A stretch of 45,901 nucleotides of DNA from a virus. Its lineage: Duplodnaviria > Caudoviricetes. Under the pieces are notes generated by a model. The model was not told where the DNA came from and did no database searches. It saw only the letters and a list, made by a program, of their open reading frames with translations. The stretch is from positions 1 to 45,901 of IMG/VR virus record IMGVR_UViG_3300033420_000010, one strand, 5' to 3'. Below are positions 44,498 through 45,901 of this stretch, in pieces; position 1 is the stretch's first letter; every line of letters begins with the position of its first letter. Made by a program: the position numbers and the translations under genes.

Positions 44498-45255
44498 AGA
44501 TTAAGTCTTTTAATGACGGTGGATATATCACTGGTGGGTTTACTTCAAGCGGGTTAATGTTAACTGGTCCCCTTTTTGTAACTAATGCCTTTTCTGATCC
44601 ACTTGAAGTTGTTAATAAACAGTATACTGATGGTAAGATGACATCATTAAATGCTGAGAATCTTAATAGTGGTACTATTGGAGCAGAGAGGCTGCCTTCT
44701 TTTTCTGGAGATTTCACTAAAGCAGCTGGTAGCAATGTTATTAGTCTAGTGGCAACTGGTGTATCACCAGGTGCACATAGTAAAGTAACAGTGGATGCAA
44801 AAGGTCGTGTAACTGAAGCTTCTGCTTTAGCTCAAACAGATATTCCATTTTTAAATTGGAATAAAATAACAACTAGTAAACCAACAACTTTAAGTGGATA
44901 TGGTATCAGTGATGGTGTTAATGTTAGTGGTGGAACATTAGTAGGATTTTTAACTTTAAGTGGTGATCCAACTGCAGCTTATCAAGCAGCCACAAAACGC
45001 TATGCTGATGAAACTATTCGTGTTAAAGCTGGACTATATACCGGAGACGTTGTCGTAAAACCTACAGCCGTCACTCCAGCTGGTTTTCTAAAGTGTAATG
45101 GTGCTTTCTTAAACAAAACTACTTATAATAAACTTTTCTCTGTTATAGGTAATAGTTTTGATGTCGGTAACCCTTCTCCTAGTACACAATTTATGTTACC
45201 TGATGCTACATCTAGAGATGCTCACACTAACATGTATCACTATATCAAGACTTAA
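44494..45255 (+). CDS. Short tail fibre / tail-collar protein, paralog of 16136-19351
   Basis: Same N-terminal fibre segment; uninterrupted collar TPAGFLKCNG...LFSVIG..F......F.LPD...YIK. Confidence 0.8.
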   Translation: MKIKSFNDGGYITGGFTSSGLMLTGPLFVTNAFSDPLEVVNKQYTDGKMTSLNAENLNSGTIGAERLPSFSGDFTKAAGSNVISLVATGVSPGAHSKVTVDAKGRVTEASALAQTDIPFLNWNKITTSKPTTLSGYGISDGVNVSGGTLVGFLTLSGDPTAAYQAATKRYADETIRVKAGLYTGDVVVKPTAVTPAGFLKCNGAFLNKTTYNKLFSVIGNSFDVGNPSPSTQFMLPDATSRDAHTNMYHYIKT

Positions 45256-45265
45256 TTTAATCAGA

Positions 45266-45307
45266 ACCACCTACAAGGGATAAGCCTTGTAGGTGGTGTA
45301 TCTTTTT
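45266..45307 (+). terminator. Rho-independent terminator
   Basis: accacctacaagg/ccttgtaggtggt followed by a T-rich tail. Confidence 0.75.
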
Positions 45308-45349
45308 CACTATTTTCAAAATGCTGTAGACTAACAAAAGAGAATAAAA

Positions 45350-45901
45350 ATGCTTATCACCTATATCAAACTCCAAGGTTACAAACGAATGCCTTTGAGA
45401 GAATCAGAAGACTTTGAATATTATTTTACCTCTAAACTTGTGATGATTGTTGGCGTCAATGGTAGTGGCAAGTCTAGTCTAATTAATGAGTTAACACCAC
45501 TACCAGCTAACAAAGACAATTTCAATAAGAATGGCTATAAAGAGATTCATATACAAAAAGACAATACACTTTATAAACTCATCTCAGACTTTACTAACGG
45601 CTCTCACTTCTCTTTTCTAGCTAACGATGTAGAACTCAACGCGTCAGCTAATATATCAACTCAAAGAGATCTTGTCTTTCAACACTTTCTCTTAACTCCT
45701 AATATCCACGAGATCTTAATAGGACGTGAAACCTTCACAGGTATGTCACTCCTGTCCAGAAAAAAACTCTTTAACTCTATCACTCATCTCAATATAGATT
45801 CTATTTTATCTAATTACAATACACTTAAAGAAGAACTAAAAAACAATGAGTACTCTCTTAAATCTCAACTTCAACTCTATACAGTAGAAGAACAAAGATT
45901 A
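45350..45901 (+). CDS. sbcC: SbcC/Rad50-like ATPase, 5' part (runs off the window; absent from the ORF track)
   Basis: MLITYIKLQGYKRM...MIVGVNGSGKSSLINELTP (Walker A); frame stays open to the window end. Confidence 0.8.
   Translation, partial: MLITYIKLQGYKRMPLRESEDFEYYFTSKLVMIVGVNGSGKSSLINELTPLPANKDNFNKNGYKEIHIQKDNTLYKLISDFTNGSHFSFLANDVELNASANISTQRDLVFQHFLLTPNIHEILIGRETFTGMSLLSRKKLFNSITHLNIDSILSNYNTLKEELKNNEYSLKSQLQLYTVEEQRL

Noticed and set aside
1-45901. tRNA genes, tnpA, site-specific recombinase, alternative genetic code
   Set aside because: None recognised; standard-code ORFs tile the window densely

Overview
AT-rich segment of a phiKZ-like (Chimalliviridae-type) jumbo phage genome. 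Core genes recognised from motifs: two split RNA polymerase pieces (beta C-terminal and beta-prime C-terminal), a family-B DNA polymerase palm subunit, UvsX/RecA-like recombinase, RNase H, dCMP deaminase, an SbcC-like ATPase cut by the window end, a tail spike, virion proteins and three tail-fibre genes. Mobile DNA: two tnpB-only IS200/IS605 elements (one complete, with IS608-type ends and an omegaRNA) and two zinc-ribbon-repeat/PD-(D/E)XK homing-endonuclease-like genes. The main observations follow. (1) A TnpB-related set: two TnpBs share RuvC and omegaRNA but differ in the REC/TAM-reading part; a 168-aa ORF looks like a RuvC-less TnpB; and an orphan 40-bp palindrome of two right ends sits in a promoter-to-terminator unit whose leader is homologous to the leader hit by the complete IS. 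(2) A perfect 55-bp inverted repeat 25 kb apart forms the leader of two paralogous fibre genes, one an 'empty' collar and the other carrying nested domain insertions. (3) A homing endonuclease appears to have duplicated and recoded its neighbour's start. (4) A four-copy promoter motif, TACATATATA-N5-TGT. Family assignments come from motif recognition, not database searches.
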